DNA from: a virus
Taxonomy: Duplodnaviria > Heunggongvirae > Uroviricota > Caudoviricetes
Length of the DNA: 19,439 bases
Reading direction: 5' to 3' (one strand)
Virus record (IMG/VR): IMGVR_UViG_2925903241_000001
Span: 1-19,439 of that record
In this document: in pieces, positions 8,404 to 17,805 of the stretch
Numbering within the stretch: position 1 is the first letter of the stretch
Layout: every line of letters starts with the position of its first letter
The notes under the pieces: generated by a model
What the model saw: only the letters and a program-made list of their open reading frames with translations
The model's database searches: none
Told to the model about the DNA's origin: nothing
Translations under genes and position numbers: made by a program

Positions 8404-9939
8404 ATGAGCAGCTCACTTCCTGACGATATCAATGCACTGAAACGTCTCCTTGCCGAACAGGAGGCGCTGAACCGTGCCCTGCAGGAAAAGCTGAACGAGC
8501 GTGAACGCGAAATAGACCATCTGCAGGCACAGCTGGATAAGCTGCGCCGGATGAACTTCGGCAGCCGCTCGGAAAAAGTCTCCCGTCGTATCGCACAGAT
8601 GGAAGCTGACCTGAAGGCACTTCAGAAAGAAAGTGATACCCTTACCGGTCGGGTTGACGACCCGGCCGTGCAGCGCCCGCTGCGTCAAACCCGCACCCGC
8701 AAACCGTTCCCCGAATCACTCCCCCGCGATGAAAAACGGCTGCTGCCGGCAGCGTCATGCTGCCCGGAATGTGGAGGCTCGCTGAGCTATCTGGGTGAGG
8801 ATGCCGCCGAACAGCTGGAGCTGATGCGCAGCGCCTTCCGGGTTATCCGGACTGTACGTGAAAAGCATGCCTGTACTCAGTGCGATGCCATCGTGCAGGC
8901 CCCCGCGCCTTCACGGCCCATCGAGCGGGGTATCGCAGGACCGGGGCTGCTGGCCCGCGTGCTGATCTCAAAGTATGCAGAGCACACCCCGCTGTACCGC
9001 CAGTCTGAAATGTACGGCCGCCAGGGCGTGGAGCTGAGTCGTTCACTGCTGTCGGGCTGGGTGGATGCATGCTGCCGGCTACTGTCACCGCTGGAAGAAG
9101 CGCTTCAGGACTATGTGCTGACTGACGGTAAGCTCCATGCTGATGACACGCCTGTCCCGGTGCTGTTGCCAGGCAATAAGAAAACGAAGACCGGGCGGTT
9201 ATGGACCTACGTTCGTGACGACCGTAACGCCGGGTCAACGCTGGCGCCGGCGGTGTGGTTCGCTTACAGCCCGGACAGAAAAGGCATCCATCCGCAGACC
9301 CATCTTGCGGGGTTCAGTGGTGTACTGCAGGCGGATGCATACGCCGGGTTCAACGAGCTGTACCGGGATGGCCGGATAACGGAAGCCGCCTGTTGGGCTC
9401 ACGCCCGCCGTAAAATCCACGATGTGCACGTTCGCACCCCGTCAGCCCTGACGGAGGAAGCGCTGAAACGGATCGGCGAACTGTACGCCATCGAGGCAGA
9501 GATAAGGGGAATGACGGCGGAGCAGCGCCTTGCCGAACGTCAGTTGAAAACGAAACCGCTGCTGAAATCCCTGGAAAGCTGGCTGCGTGAAAAGATGAAA
9601 ACCCTGTCGCGACACTCAGAACTGGCGAAAGCGTTCGCATACGCCCTGAACCAGTGGCCGGCGCTGACGTACTATGCAGATGATGGCTGGGCTGAGGCGG
9701 ACAATAACATCGCTGAAAATGCGTTGCGGATGGTCAGTCTGGGCCGCAAAAACTACCTGTTCTTCGGTTCGGATCATGGAGGAGAGCGGGGAGCGCTGCT
9801 GTACAGCCTGATCGGGACGTGCAAACTGAACGGAGTGGAGCCAGAAAGCTACCTCCGCTATGTCCTTGACGTCATAGCCGACTGGCCGATAAACCGGGTC
9901 GGCGAACTGCTCCCCCTGGCGCGTAGCACTGCCGACTGA
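8404..9939 (+). CDS. tnpC: IS66-family transposase TnpC
   Basis: 511-aa ORF with N-terminal leucine-zipper/coiled-coil, a CxxC...CxxC zinc-finger region (CPECGG ... CTQCD) and a C-terminal DDE-type region, typical of IS66 transposases. Confidence 0.9.
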   Translation: MSSSLPDDINALKRLLAEQEALNRALQEKLNEREREIDHLQAQLDKLRRMNFGSRSEKVSRRIAQMEADLKALQKESDTLTGRVDDPAVQRPLRQTRTRKPFPESLPRDEKRLLPAASCCPECGGSLSYLGEDAAEQLELMRSAFRVIRTVREKHACTQCDAIVQAPAPSRPIERGIAGPGLLARVLISKYAEHTPLYRQSEMYGRQGVELSRSLLSGWVDACCRLLSPLEEALQDYVLTDGKLHADDTPVPVLLPGNKKTKTGRLWTYVRDDRNAGSTLAPAVWFAYSPDRKGIHPQTHLAGFSGVLQADAYAGFNELYRDGRITEAACWAHARRKIHDVHVRTPSALTEEALKRIGELYAIEAEIRGMTAEQRLAERQLKTKPLLKSLESWLREKMKTLSRHSELAKAFAYALNQWPALTYYADDGWAEADNNIAENALRMVSLGRKNYLFFGSDHGGERGALLYSLIGTCKLNGVEPESYLRYVLDVIADWPINRVGELLPLARSTAD

Positions 9940-9980
9940 ATAACACATCCCCGTCAATACGGTTCTTGCTGCACGCTTAC

Positions 9981-9988
9981 CAACAAAT
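9981..9988. repeat. IS66 target-site duplication, right copy (CAACAAAT)
   Basis: Identical to 7518-7525; immediately follows the IS66 right terminus. Confidence 0.9.
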
Positions 9989-10608
9989 GACCAGAACACG
10001 GAATTGCAGCGTAACGCGCTGGAGTGCGCAGGATGTGAGCTGATTTTTGAGGATAAAATCAGCGGCACGAAGTCCGACAGGCCGGGGCTGAAAAAACTGC
10101 TCAGAACATTATCGGAAGGTGACACTCTGGTAGTCTGGAAGCTGGACCGGCTGGGGCGTAGTATGCGGCATCTGGTCATTCTGGTTGAGGAGCTGCGCGA
10201 ACGCGGCATTAATTTTCGCAGCCTGACGGATGCCATTGATACCAGCACGCCGATGGGGCGTTTTTTCTTTCATGTGATGGGTGCCCTGGCTGAAATGGAG
10301 CGAGAACTCATTGTCGAGCGGACACGCGCCGGACTGGAGGCGGCCAGAGCCAAAGGTCGTATTGGTGGCAGACGTCCGAAACTCACCGCGAGTGAGTGGG
10401 AGCAGGCCGGGCGGTTGCTGGCTGCAGGGGAATCACGTCAACGCGTGGCACTGATTTTTGATATTGGCCTGTCCACGCTCTATAAAAAATTCCCCGCCTC
10501 AGTGACAAAAAATAAATTGTGTCATCCCTTAGCCAACCGGGACAAATAGCCTGACATCTCCGGCACAACTAAAAATATCACTCACCCATTAACCACGGAG
10601 TTAAACGG

Positions 10609-11799
10609 ATGAGTGACTATCATCACGGCGTGCAGGTGCTGGAGATTAACGACGGCACCCGCGTCATTTCCACCGTATCCACTGCCATTGTCGGCATGGT
10701 CTGCACGGCCAGCGATGCGGATGCGGAAACCTTCCCCCTCAATAAACCGGTGCTGATTACCAATGTGCAGAGCGCAATTGCAAAGGCTGGTAAAAAAGGC
10801 ACGCTGGCGGCGTCGTTACAGGCCATCGCCGACCAGTCAAAACCGGTCACCGTTGTCGTGCGTGTGGAAGACGGCACCGGTGACGACGAGGAAACGAAAC
10901 TCGCGCAGACCGTTTCCAATATCATCGGCACCACCGACGAAAACGGTCAGTACACCGGACTGAAAGCCCTGCTGGCGGCGGAGTCGGTAACCGGTGTTAA
11001 GCCGCGCATTCTCGGTGTGCCGGGACTGGACACCAAAGAGGTTGCCGTCGCACTGGCATCAGTCTGTCAGAAGCTGCGCGCTTTCGGGTATATCAGCGCA
11101 TGGGGCTGTAAAACCATTTCCGAGGTGAAAGCCTACCGCCAGAATTTCAGCCAGCGTGAGCTGATGGTCATCTGGCCGGATTTCCTCGCATGGGATACGG
11201 TCACCAGTACCACCGCCACCGCGTATGCCACCGCCCGTGCGCTGGGTCTGCGCGCTAAAATCGACCAGGAGCAGGGCTGGCATAAAACACTGTCCAACGT
11301 TGGGGTGAACGGTGTTACCGGCATCAGCGCATCTGTATTCTGGGATTTGCAGGAGTCCGGCACCGATGCTGACCTGCTGAATGAGTCAGGCGTCACAACG
11401 CTGATTCGCCGTGACGGTTTCCGCTTCTGGGGTAACCGTACCTGCTCTGATGACCCGCTGTTCCTCTTTGAAAACTACACCCGCACCGCGCAGGTGCTGG
11501 CCGACACGATGGCTGAGGCGCACATGTGGGCGGTGGACAAGCCCATCACCGCAACGCTGATTCGCGACATCGTTGATGGCATCAATGCCAAATTCCGAGA
11601 GCTGAAAACAAACGGCTATATCGTGGATGGCACATGCTGGTTCAGCGAAGAATCCAACGATGCGGAAACCCTCAAGGCCGGAAAACTGTATATCGACTAC
11701 GACTATACACCGGTGCCTCCTCTCGAAAACCTGACCCTGCGCCAGCGTATTACCGATAAATACCTGGCAAATCTGGTCACCTCGGTTAACAGCAATTAA
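10609..11799 (+). CDS. FI: Contractile tail sheath protein gpFI
   Basis: 396-aa ORF beginning MSDYHHGVQVLEINDGTRVISTVSTAIVGMV..., matching P2 FI in length and in sequence as far as I can recall. GGAG Shine-Dalgarno upstream. Confidence 0.93.
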   Translation: MSDYHHGVQVLEINDGTRVISTVSTAIVGMVCTASDADAETFPLNKPVLITNVQSAIAKAGKKGTLAASLQAIADQSKPVTVVVRVEDGTGDDEETKLAQTVSNIIGTTDENGQYTGLKALLAAESVTGVKPRILGVPGLDTKEVAVALASVCQKLRAFGYISAWGCKTISEVKAYRQNFSQRELMVIWPDFLAWDTVTSTTATAYATARALGLRAKIDQEQGWHKTLSNVGVNGVTGISASVFWDLQESGTDADLLNESGVTTLIRRDGFRFWGNRTCSDDPLFLFENYTRTAQVLADTMAEAHMWAVDKPITATLIRDIVDGINAKFRELKTNGYIVDGTCWFSEESNDAETLKAGKLYIDYDYTPVPPLENLTLRQRITDKYLANLVTSVNSN

Positions 11800-11811
11800 G
11801 GAGCCTGACCG

Positions 11812-12330
11812 ATGGCAATGCCGCGCAAACTCAAGTTAATGAACGTCTTTCTGAACGGCTACAGCTATCAGGGCGTTGCAAAGTCCGTCACGCTGCCAAA
11901 ACTGACCCGTAAGCTCGAAAACTATCGCGGTGCGGGAATGAACGGCAGCGCACCGGTAGACCTCGGCCTTGATGACGATGCGCTGTCAATGGAGTGGTCG
12001 CTCGGGGGCTTCCCGGATTCGGTTATCTGGGAGCTTTACGCCGCAACCGGTGTGGATGCTGTGCCGATTCGTTTTGCAGGCTCTTACCAGCGTGACGATA
12101 CCGGCGAAACGGTGGCCGTCGAGGTGGTCATGCGTGGACGTCAGAAAGAAATCGACACCGGCGAGGGTAAACAGGGAGAAGACACTGAGTCGAAAATCTC
12201 CGTGGTCTGCACCTATTTCCGGCTGACGATGGACGGTAAGGAGCTGGTCGAAATCGACACCATCAACATGATTGAGAAGGTGAACGGCGTCGACCGGCTG
12301 GAGCAACACCGCCGCAATATCGGCCTGTGA
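11812..12330 (+). CDS. FII: Tail tube protein gpFII
   Basis: 172-aa ORF immediately after FI; same length as P2 FII (from memory) and in the conserved order. Confidence 0.9.
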   Translation: MAMPRKLKLMNVFLNGYSYQGVAKSVTLPKLTRKLENYRGAGMNGSAPVDLGLDDDALSMEWSLGGFPDSVIWELYAATGVDAVPIRFAGSYQRDDTGETVAVEVVMRGRQKEIDTGEGKQGEDTESKISVVCTYFRLTMDGKELVEIDTINMIEKVNGVDRLEQHRRNIGL

Positions 12331-12386
12331 TTTTCATCCGGTCAGCCTGGCTGACCGGTTAACCCCGATTCATAAGTGAGAAAACC

Positions 12387-12662
12387 ATGAACAAAGAAAA
12401 TGTGATTACCCTGGACAATCCGGTCAAACGTGGTGAGCAGGTTATCGAACAGGTCACGCTGATGAAACCCAGTGCCGGGACGCTGCGCGGTGTCAGTCTG
12501 GCAGCGGTCGCAAACTCCGAAGTCGATGCACTGATTAAGGTGTTGCCGCGCATGACGGCACCGATGCTGACCGAGCAGGAAGTCGCCGCACTGGAACTGC
12601 CTGACCTTGTGGCGCTGGCCGGTAAGGTGGTCGGTTTTTTGTCGCCGAACTCGGTGCAGTGA
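12387..12662 (+). CDS. E: Tail assembly chaperone gpE
   Basis: 91-aa ORF between FII and T, same length as P2 E; contains the slippery heptamer T-TTT-TTG near its 3' end. Confidence 0.88.
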   Translation: MNKENVITLDNPVKRGEQVIEQVTLMKPSAGTLRGVSLAAVANSEVDALIKVLPRMTAPMLTEQEVAALELPDLVALAGKVVGFLSPNSVQ

Positions 12663-12814
12663 CGTTTCCGAAAAATCTCTCGGTCGATGACCTGATGGCG
12701 GATGTGGCAGTGATATTTCACTGGCCGCCATCAGAACTGTATCCCATGAGCCTGACCGAACTCATCACATGGCGCGAAAAGGCGCTCCGGCGAAGCGGAA
12801 ACACGAATGAGTAA
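12387..12814 (+). CDS. Tail assembly chaperone gpE+E' produced by programmed -1 frameshift
   Basis: Slippery site T TTT TTG at 12635-12641 in the E frame. The -1 frame from 12641 is open to TAA at 12812-14 and encodes VAELGAVTFPKNLSVDDLMADVAVIFHWPPSELYPMSLTELITWREKALRRSGNTNE. Fusion is 85 + 57 = 142 aa, equal to the P2 E+E' size as I recall. Stop overlaps the T start. Confidence 0.8.
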
Positions 12815-15254
12815 CAATGTAAAATTACAGGTATTGCTCAGGGCTGTTGACCAGGCATCCCGTCCGTTTAAATCCATCCGCACAGCGAGCAAATCGCTGT
12901 CGGGGGATATCCGGGAAACACAAAAATCACTGCGCGAGCTGAACGGTCAGGCATCCCGTATTGAGGGATTTCGCAAGACCAGTGCACAGCTCGCCGTGAC
13001 TGGTCATGCACTTGAAAAGGCACGGCAGGAGGCCGAAGCCCTTGCCACACAGTTTAAAAACACCGAACGTCCGACACGTGCTCAGGCGAAAGTGCTGGAA
13101 TCCGCGAAGCGTGCGGCGGAGGACTTACAGGCGAAATATAACCGCCTGACGGATTCCGTTAAACGCCAGCAGCGGGAACTGGCCGCTGTGGGAATTAATA
13201 CCCGCAATCTTGCACATGATGAGCAGGGACTGAAAAACCGTATCAGTGAAACCACCGCACAGCTTAACCGTCAGCGTGATGCGCTGGCGCGTGTCAGTGC
13301 GCAACAGGCAAAACTTAACGCAGTCAAACAGCGTTATCAGGCCGGAAAGGAACTGGCCGGAAATATAGCCTCAGTGGGCGCTGCCGGTGTGGGGATTGCG
13401 GCGGCGGGAACGATGGCCGGAGTTAAGCTGCTGATGCCCGGTTATGAGTTTGAGCAGAAAAACTCAGAATTGCAGGCCGTGCTCGGAGTGGCAAAAGACT
13501 CCGCCGAAATGACCGCACTCCGCAAGCAGGCGCGCCAGCTTGGCGACAACACCGCCGCCTCGGCGGATGATGCAGCCGGTGCGCAGATTATCATTGCGAA
13601 AGCCGGCGGGGATGTTGATGCCATTCAGGCGGCAACGCCGGTCACGCTGAATATGGCGCTGGCGAACCGTCGCACGATGGAAGAAAACGCCGCCCTGTTG
13701 ATGGGGATGAAATCCGCCTTTCAGCTTTCAAACGATAAGGTCGCTCATATCGGGGATGTTCTCTCCATGACGATGAACAAAACCGCCGCCGATTTTGACG
13801 GCATGAGCGATGCGCTGACCTATGCCGCACCTGTGGCAAAAAATGCCGGTGTCAGCATTGAAGAAACCGCCGCAATGGTCGGGGCACTGCATGATGCAAA
13901 AATTACCGGTTCAATGGCGGGGACGGGAAGCCGTGCCGTGTTAAGCCGCCTGCAGGCACCGACGGGAAAAGCATGGGATGCACTGAAAGAGCTTGGTGTG
14001 AAAACCTCAGACAGCAAGGGAAACACCCGACCAGTATTTACCATTCTGAAAGAAATGCAGGCCAGTTTTGAGAAAAACCGGCTCGGTACTGCCCAGCAGG
14101 CTGAATACATGAAAACTATTTTCGGGGAGGAGGCCAGCTCAGCCGCCGCCGTGCTGATGACTGCCGCCTCAACCGGAAAGCTGGACAAACTGACCGCTGC
14201 GTTTAAAGCCTCAGACGGGAAGACCGCCGAGCTGGTAAATATCATGCAGGACAACCTCGGCGGTGACTTTAAGGAGTTTCAGTCTGCTTATGAGGCGGTG
14301 GGGACTGACCTGTTTGACCAGCAGGAAGGCGCACTGCGTAATCTCACGCAGACGGCCACAAAGTATGTGTTAAAACTCGACGGCTGGATCAAGAAAAACA
14401 AATCACTGGCGTCAACCATCGGCCTCATTGTCGGTGGCGCACTGGCGCTTACTGGCATCATCGGTGCCATTGGTCTTGTCGCCTGGCCGGTTATCACCGG
14501 CATCAATGCCATCATCGCGGCAGCAGGCGCAATGGGGGCAGTCTTCACGACGGTTGGCAGTGCTGTTATGACCGCCATCGGGGCTATTAGCTGGCCGGTT
14601 GTGGCCGTGGTGGCCGCAATTGTCGCCGGGGCGTTGCTTATCCGTAAATACTGGGAGCCTGTCAGCGCATTCTTTGGCGGTGTGGTTGAAGGGCTGAAAG
14701 TGGCATTTGCGCCGGTGGGGGAACTGTTCACGCCACTTAAGCCGGTGTTTGACTGGCTGGGTGAAAAGTTACAGGCCGCGTGGCAGTGGTTTAAAAACCT
14801 GATTGCCCCGGTCAAAGCCACTCAGGACACCCTGAACCGTTGCCGTGACACGGGGGTCATGTTCGGGCAGGCACTGGCTGACGCGCTGATGCTGCCGCTT
14901 AATGCGTTCAACAAACTGCGCAGTGGTATTGACTGGGTACTGGAAAAACTCGGTGTTATCAACAAAGAGTCAGACACACTTGACCAGACCGCCGCCAGAA
15001 CTCAAGCCGCCACGTATGGCCGCGGTGGTTATATTCCGGCGACCAGCTCTTATGCAGGTTATCAGGCTTATCAGCCGGTCACGGCACCGGCTGGCCGCTC
15101 TTATGTAGACCAGAGTAAAAACGAATATCACATCAGCCTGACGGGTGGTACTGCGCCGGGGACACAGCTCGACCGCCAGTTACAGGATGCGCTCGAAAAA
15201 TACGAGCGGGATAAACGTGCGCGCGCCCGTGCCAGCATGATGCATGACGGTTAA
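12807..15254 (+). CDS. T: Tail tape measure protein gpT
   Basis: 815-aa ORF (P2 T is 815 aa from memory) with coiled-coil N-terminal region and hydrophobic Gly/Ala-rich segments typical of tape measure proteins; directly follows E/E'. Confidence 0.93.
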   Translation: MSNNVKLQVLLRAVDQASRPFKSIRTASKSLSGDIRETQKSLRELNGQASRIEGFRKTSAQLAVTGHALEKARQEAEALATQFKNTERPTRAQAKVLESAKRAAEDLQAKYNRLTDSVKRQQRELAAVGINTRNLAHDEQGLKNRISETTAQLNRQRDALARVSAQQAKLNAVKQRYQAGKELAGNIASVGAAGVGIAAAGTMAGVKLLMPGYEFEQKNSELQAVLGVAKDSAEMTALRKQARQLGDNTAASADDAAGAQIIIAKAGGDVDAIQAATPVTLNMALANRRTMEENAALLMGMKSAFQLSNDKVAHIGDVLSMTMNKTAADFDGMSDALTYAAPVAKNAGVSIEETAAMVGALHDAKITGSMAGTGSRAVLSRLQAPTGKAWDALKELGVKTSDSKGNTRPVFTILKEMQASFEKNRLGTAQQAEYMKTIFGEEASSAAAVLMTAASTGKLDKLTAAFKASDGKTAELVNIMQDNLGGDFKEFQSAYEAVGTDLFDQQEGALRNLTQTATKYVLKLDGWIKKNKSLASTIGLIVGGALALTGIIGAIGLVAWPVITGINAIIAAAGAMGAVFTTVGSAVMTAIGAISWPVVAVVAAIVAGALLIRKYWEPVSAFFGGVVEGLKVAFAPVGELFTPLKPVFDWLGEKLQAAWQWFKNLIAPVKATQDTLNRCRDTGVMFGQALADALMLPLNAFNKLRSGIDWVLEKLGVINKESDTLDQTAARTQAATYGRGGYIPATSSYAGYQAYQPVTAPAGRSYVDQSKNEYHISLTGGTAPGTQLDRQLQDALEKYERDKRARARASMMHDG

Positions 15255-15268
15255 GGAGGTGACGAAAA

Positions 15269-15748
15269 ATGATGCTCGCGTTAGGTATGTTTGTTTTTAT
15301 GCGCCAGACGCTGCCACACCAGACCATGCAGCGTGAATCAGATTATCGCTGGCCGTCAAATTCCCGTATCGGTAAACGGGACGCTTTTCAGTTTCTCGGT
15401 GTGGGTGAGGAAAACATCACGCTTGCCGGTGTGCTTTATCCCGAACTGACCGGCGGCAAGCTGACGATGACCACGCTCAGGCTGATGGCAGAGGAGGGGC
15501 GGGCGTGGCCGTTGCTGGATGGCACCGGCATGATTTACGGCATGTATGTCATCAGCAAGGTGAGTGAAACAGGGAGTATTTTCTTTGCAGACGGCACACC
15601 CCGGAAAATTGATTTTACGCTGTCGCTCACCCGCGTTGATGAATCACTGGCCGCGCTTTATGGCGATATCGGTAAACAGGCGGAATCGCTCATCGGTAAG
15701 GCTGGCAGTATGGCGACTAAATTCACGGGTATGACGGGGGCGGGATAA
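15269..15748 (+). CDS. U: Tail protein gpU
   Basis: 159-aa ORF after T, same size and position as P2 U; GGAGG Shine-Dalgarno upstream. Confidence 0.9.
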   Translation: MMLALGMFVFMRQTLPHQTMQRESDYRWPSNSRIGKRDAFQFLGVGEENITLAGVLYPELTGGKLTMTTLRLMAEEGRAWPLLDGTGMIYGMYVISKVSETGSIFFADGTPRKIDFTLSLTRVDESLAALYGDIGKQAESLIGKAGSMATKFTGMTGAG

Positions 15749-16911
15749 TGCTGGATGCACTGACATTTGATGCAGGCAGTACGCTGACGCCGGATTACAT
15801 GCTGATGCTCGACAGCAGGGATATTACCGGCAATATCAGCGACCGTCTGATGAGCATGACCCTGACGGATAACCGGGGCTTTGAGGCTGACCAGCTTGAT
15901 ATTGAACTGAACGATGCCGACGGGCAGGTCGGACTACCGATTCGTGGCGCTGTCCTGACGGTGTATATCGGCTGGAAAGGTTTTGCCCTGGTATGCAAAG
16001 GGAAATTTACCGTTGATGAGGTTGAACACCGGGGCGCACCGGATGTGGTCACCATCCGCGCCCGGAGTGCAGATTTTCGCGGGACGCTCAATTCCCGCCG
16101 TGAAGGCTCATGGCATGACACCACGCTCGGTGCGATTGTTGAGGCGATAGCCTCCCGTAACAGGCTGGAAGCCAGTGTCGCTCCGTCACTGGCCGGAATT
16201 AAAATCCCGCACATCGACCAGTCGCAGGAGTCTGATGCGAAATTTCTGACCCGTCTTGCAGAACGCAACGGCGGTGAGGTGTCGGTAAAAATGGGAAAAC
16301 TGCTGTTTCTCAAAGCGGGGCAGGGGGTGACGGCCAGCGGTAAAAAAATCCCGCAGGTCACCATCACCCGCAGCGACGGTGACCGCCATCATTTTGCGAT
16401 TGCTGACCGTGGAGCCTACACCGGCGTAACGGCAAAGTGGTTACACACCAAAGACCCGAAGCCGCAAAAGCAGAAGGTAAAACTGAAACGCAAAAAGAAA
16501 GAGAAACACCTGCGCGCACTGGAGCACCCGAAAGCGAAACCGGTCACGCAGAAGAAAGCGCCAAAAGTACCGGAAGCGCGCGAAGGTGAATACATGGCAG
16601 GTGAGGCTGACAATGTTTTTGCCCTGACTACGGTATATGCCACGAAAGCGCAGGCCATGCGCGCCGCTCAGGCGAAGTGGGATAAACTGCAACGGGGCGT
16701 TGCGGAGTTCTCCATCAGCCTGGCTACCGGTCGGGCTGATATTTACACGGAAACACCGGTTAAAGTGTCAGGCTTTAAGCGCGTCATAGACGAGCAGGAC
16801 TGGACAATCACTAAGGTGACACATTTTCTGAATAATAGCGGCTTCACGACGTCCTTAGAGCTTGAGGTCAGGCTTTCTGATGTGGAGTACGAAACAGAAG
16901 ATGATGAGTGA
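15748..16911 (+). CDS. D: Tail protein gpD (late control D family)
   Basis: 387-aa ORF overlapping the U stop (ATAATG), same length as P2 D; includes a Lys-rich low-complexity segment (KPQKQKVKLKRKKKEK). Confidence 0.9.
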   Translation: MLDALTFDAGSTLTPDYMLMLDSRDITGNISDRLMSMTLTDNRGFEADQLDIELNDADGQVGLPIRGAVLTVYIGWKGFALVCKGKFTVDEVEHRGAPDVVTIRARSADFRGTLNSRREGSWHDTTLGAIVEAIASRNRLEASVAPSLAGIKIPHIDQSQESDAKFLTRLAERNGGEVSVKMGKLLFLKAGQGVTASGKKIPQVTITRSDGDRHHFAIADRGAYTGVTAKWLHTKDPKPQKQKVKLKRKKKEKHLRALEHPKAKPVTQKKAPKVPEAREGEYMAGEADNVFALTTVYATKAQAMRAAQAKWDKLQRGVAEFSISLATGRADIYTETPVKVSGFKRVIDEQDWTITKVTHFLNNSGFTTSLELEVRLSDVEYETEDDE

Positions 16912-16992
16912 TGTTTTTATTTTATCTGTTTGTTTTATAAGGATAAATTAACTAAAATGGCACCATCAACAAAACCGGAAGAGGTGCTCGCG

Positions 16993-17211
16993 ATGTTTCA
17001 TTGTCCTTTATGCCAGCATGCCGCACATGCGCGTACAAGTCGCTATATTACTGACACGACAAAAGAGCGTTATCACCAGTGTCAGAACGTGAATTGCAGC
17101 GCCACGTTCATCACTTATGAGTCGGTACAGCGATACATCGTGAAACCGGGAGAAGTCCACGCCGTAAGGCCGCACCCGTTGCCGTCAGGGCAGCAAATTA
17201 TGTGGATGTAA
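16993..17211 (+). CDS. ogr: Late transcription activator Ogr (zinc-finger)
   Basis: 72 aa from the internal ATG at 16993: MFHCPLCQHAAHARTSRYITDTTKERYHQCQNVNCSATFITYES..., with the CxxC-N22-CxxxxC zinc-binding pattern and the P2 Ogr length. The ORF track's 93-aa version from 16930 is a likely over-extension. Shine-Dalgarno GAAGAGG upstream of 16993. Confidence 0.9.
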   Translation: MFHCPLCQHAAHARTSRYITDTTKERYHQCQNVNCSATFITYESVQRYIVKPGEVHAVRPHPLPSGQQIMWM

Positions 17212-17220
17212 TTACAAACA

Positions 17221-17236
17221 GAAAGCCCCTCAGTCG
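17221..17236 (+). terminator. ogr rho-independent terminator, split by IS150 (left arm here; right arm and T-tract at 18683-18698)
   Basis: Removing IS150 and one TCG copy reconstitutes GAAAGCCCCTC-AGTC-GAGGGGCTTTC followed by TGTTTTGG: an 11-bp perfect stem, 4-nt loop and T-rich tail, immediately 3' of ogr. Confidence 0.75.
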
Positions 17237-17283
17237 TGTACTGCACCCATTTTGTTGGACGATGAAATGGAATAGCCCCTAAT

Positions 17284-17805
17284 ATGTCAAAGCCAAAATA
17301 CCCTTTTGAAAAGCGCCTTGAAGTCGTGAATCACTACTTCACAACTGATGATGGTTACAGGATCATCTCGGCACGTTTTGGTGTCCCCCGAACCCAGGTC
17401 AGGACATGGGTTGCCCTCTATGAAAAACATGGAGAAAAAGGTTTAATTCCCAAACCTAAAGGCGTTAGTGCTGATCCAGAGTTGCGTATTAAGGTCGTGA
17501 AAGCTGTGATCGAGCAGCACATGTCCCTTAATCAGGCTGCTGCTCACTTTATGCTTGCTGGTAGTGGTTCTGTAGCCAGGTGGCTGAAGGTCTATGAAGA
17601 GCGCGGAGAAGCTGGTTTACGCGCGCTCAAGATTGGCACCAAAAGAAACATTGCAATATCAGTTGATCCAGAAAAAGCGGCATCAGCATTGGAGCTGTCA
17701 AAAGACCGACGCATTGAGGATCTTGAAAGGCAAGTTCGATTTCTTGAAACGCGGCTTATGTATCTAAAAAAGCTGAAAGCCTTAGCTCATCCCACGAAAA
17801 AGTGA
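17284..17805 (+). CDS. insJ: IS150 transposase OrfA (InsJ)
   Basis: 173-aa ORF with N-terminal HTH; contains the A AAA AAG frameshift heptamer at 17766-17772 near its 3' end. Confidence 0.92.
   Translation: MSKPKYPFEKRLEVVNHYFTTDDGYRIISARFGVPRTQVRTWVALYEKHGEKGLIPKPKGVSADPELRIKVVKAVIEQHMSLNQAAAHFMLAGSGSVARWLKVYEERGEAGLRALKIGTKRNIAISVDPEKAASALELSKDRRIEDLERQVRFLETRLMYLKKLKALAHPTKK

Larger units (their letters stand above)
7526..9980 (+). mobile_element. IS66-family insertion sequence (tnpA-tnpB-tnpC), 2455 bp
   Basis: Starts GTAAGCG... (7526) and ends ...CGCTTAC (9980), the characteristic IS66-family termini. Flanked by a perfect 8-bp direct repeat CAACAAAT. Carries the three-gene IS66 organisation. 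Confidence 0.9.
7493..10549 (+). pseudogene. Serine DNA invertase (Pin/Gin/Hin family) interrupted by IS66-family element
   Basis: 5' fragment 7493-7525 encodes MLIGYVRVSTN, the canonical invertase N-terminus including the catalytic Ser. 3' fragment 9989-10549 is in the same frame (DQNTELQRNALECAGCELIFEDK...GDTLVVWKLDRLGRS...GRFFFHVMGALAEMERE...). Removing the IS and one duplication copy restores a 197-aa invertase. AGGGGG Shine-Dalgarno upstream of 7493. Confidence 0.9.

Noticed and set aside
9616-10248. 210-aa minus-strand ORF spanning the tnpC 3' end, the IS66 right terminus and the invertase 3' fragment
   Set aside because: It crosses a mobile-element boundary and is antisense to two recognised genes, so it is almost certainly a chance open frame.
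4791-10608. Defence cargo at the usual P2 positions (tin/old after A; Z/fun before FI)
   Set aside because: The tin/old position is removed by the IS21-associated deletion and the gap before FI is only 59 bp, so no cargo is present at either place.
13442-14821. Several minus-strand ORFs (60-177 aa) inside the tape measure gene T
   Set aside because: They lie wholly within and antisense to a long, well-supported plus-strand gene in GC- and Ala-rich sequence where spurious open frames are common. No plausible start context.
15795-16692. Minus-strand ORFs (68-190 aa) antisense to gene D
   Set aside because: Embedded in the conserved D gene; the 80-83-aa ones arise from the Lys-rich low-complexity stretch read in reverse.
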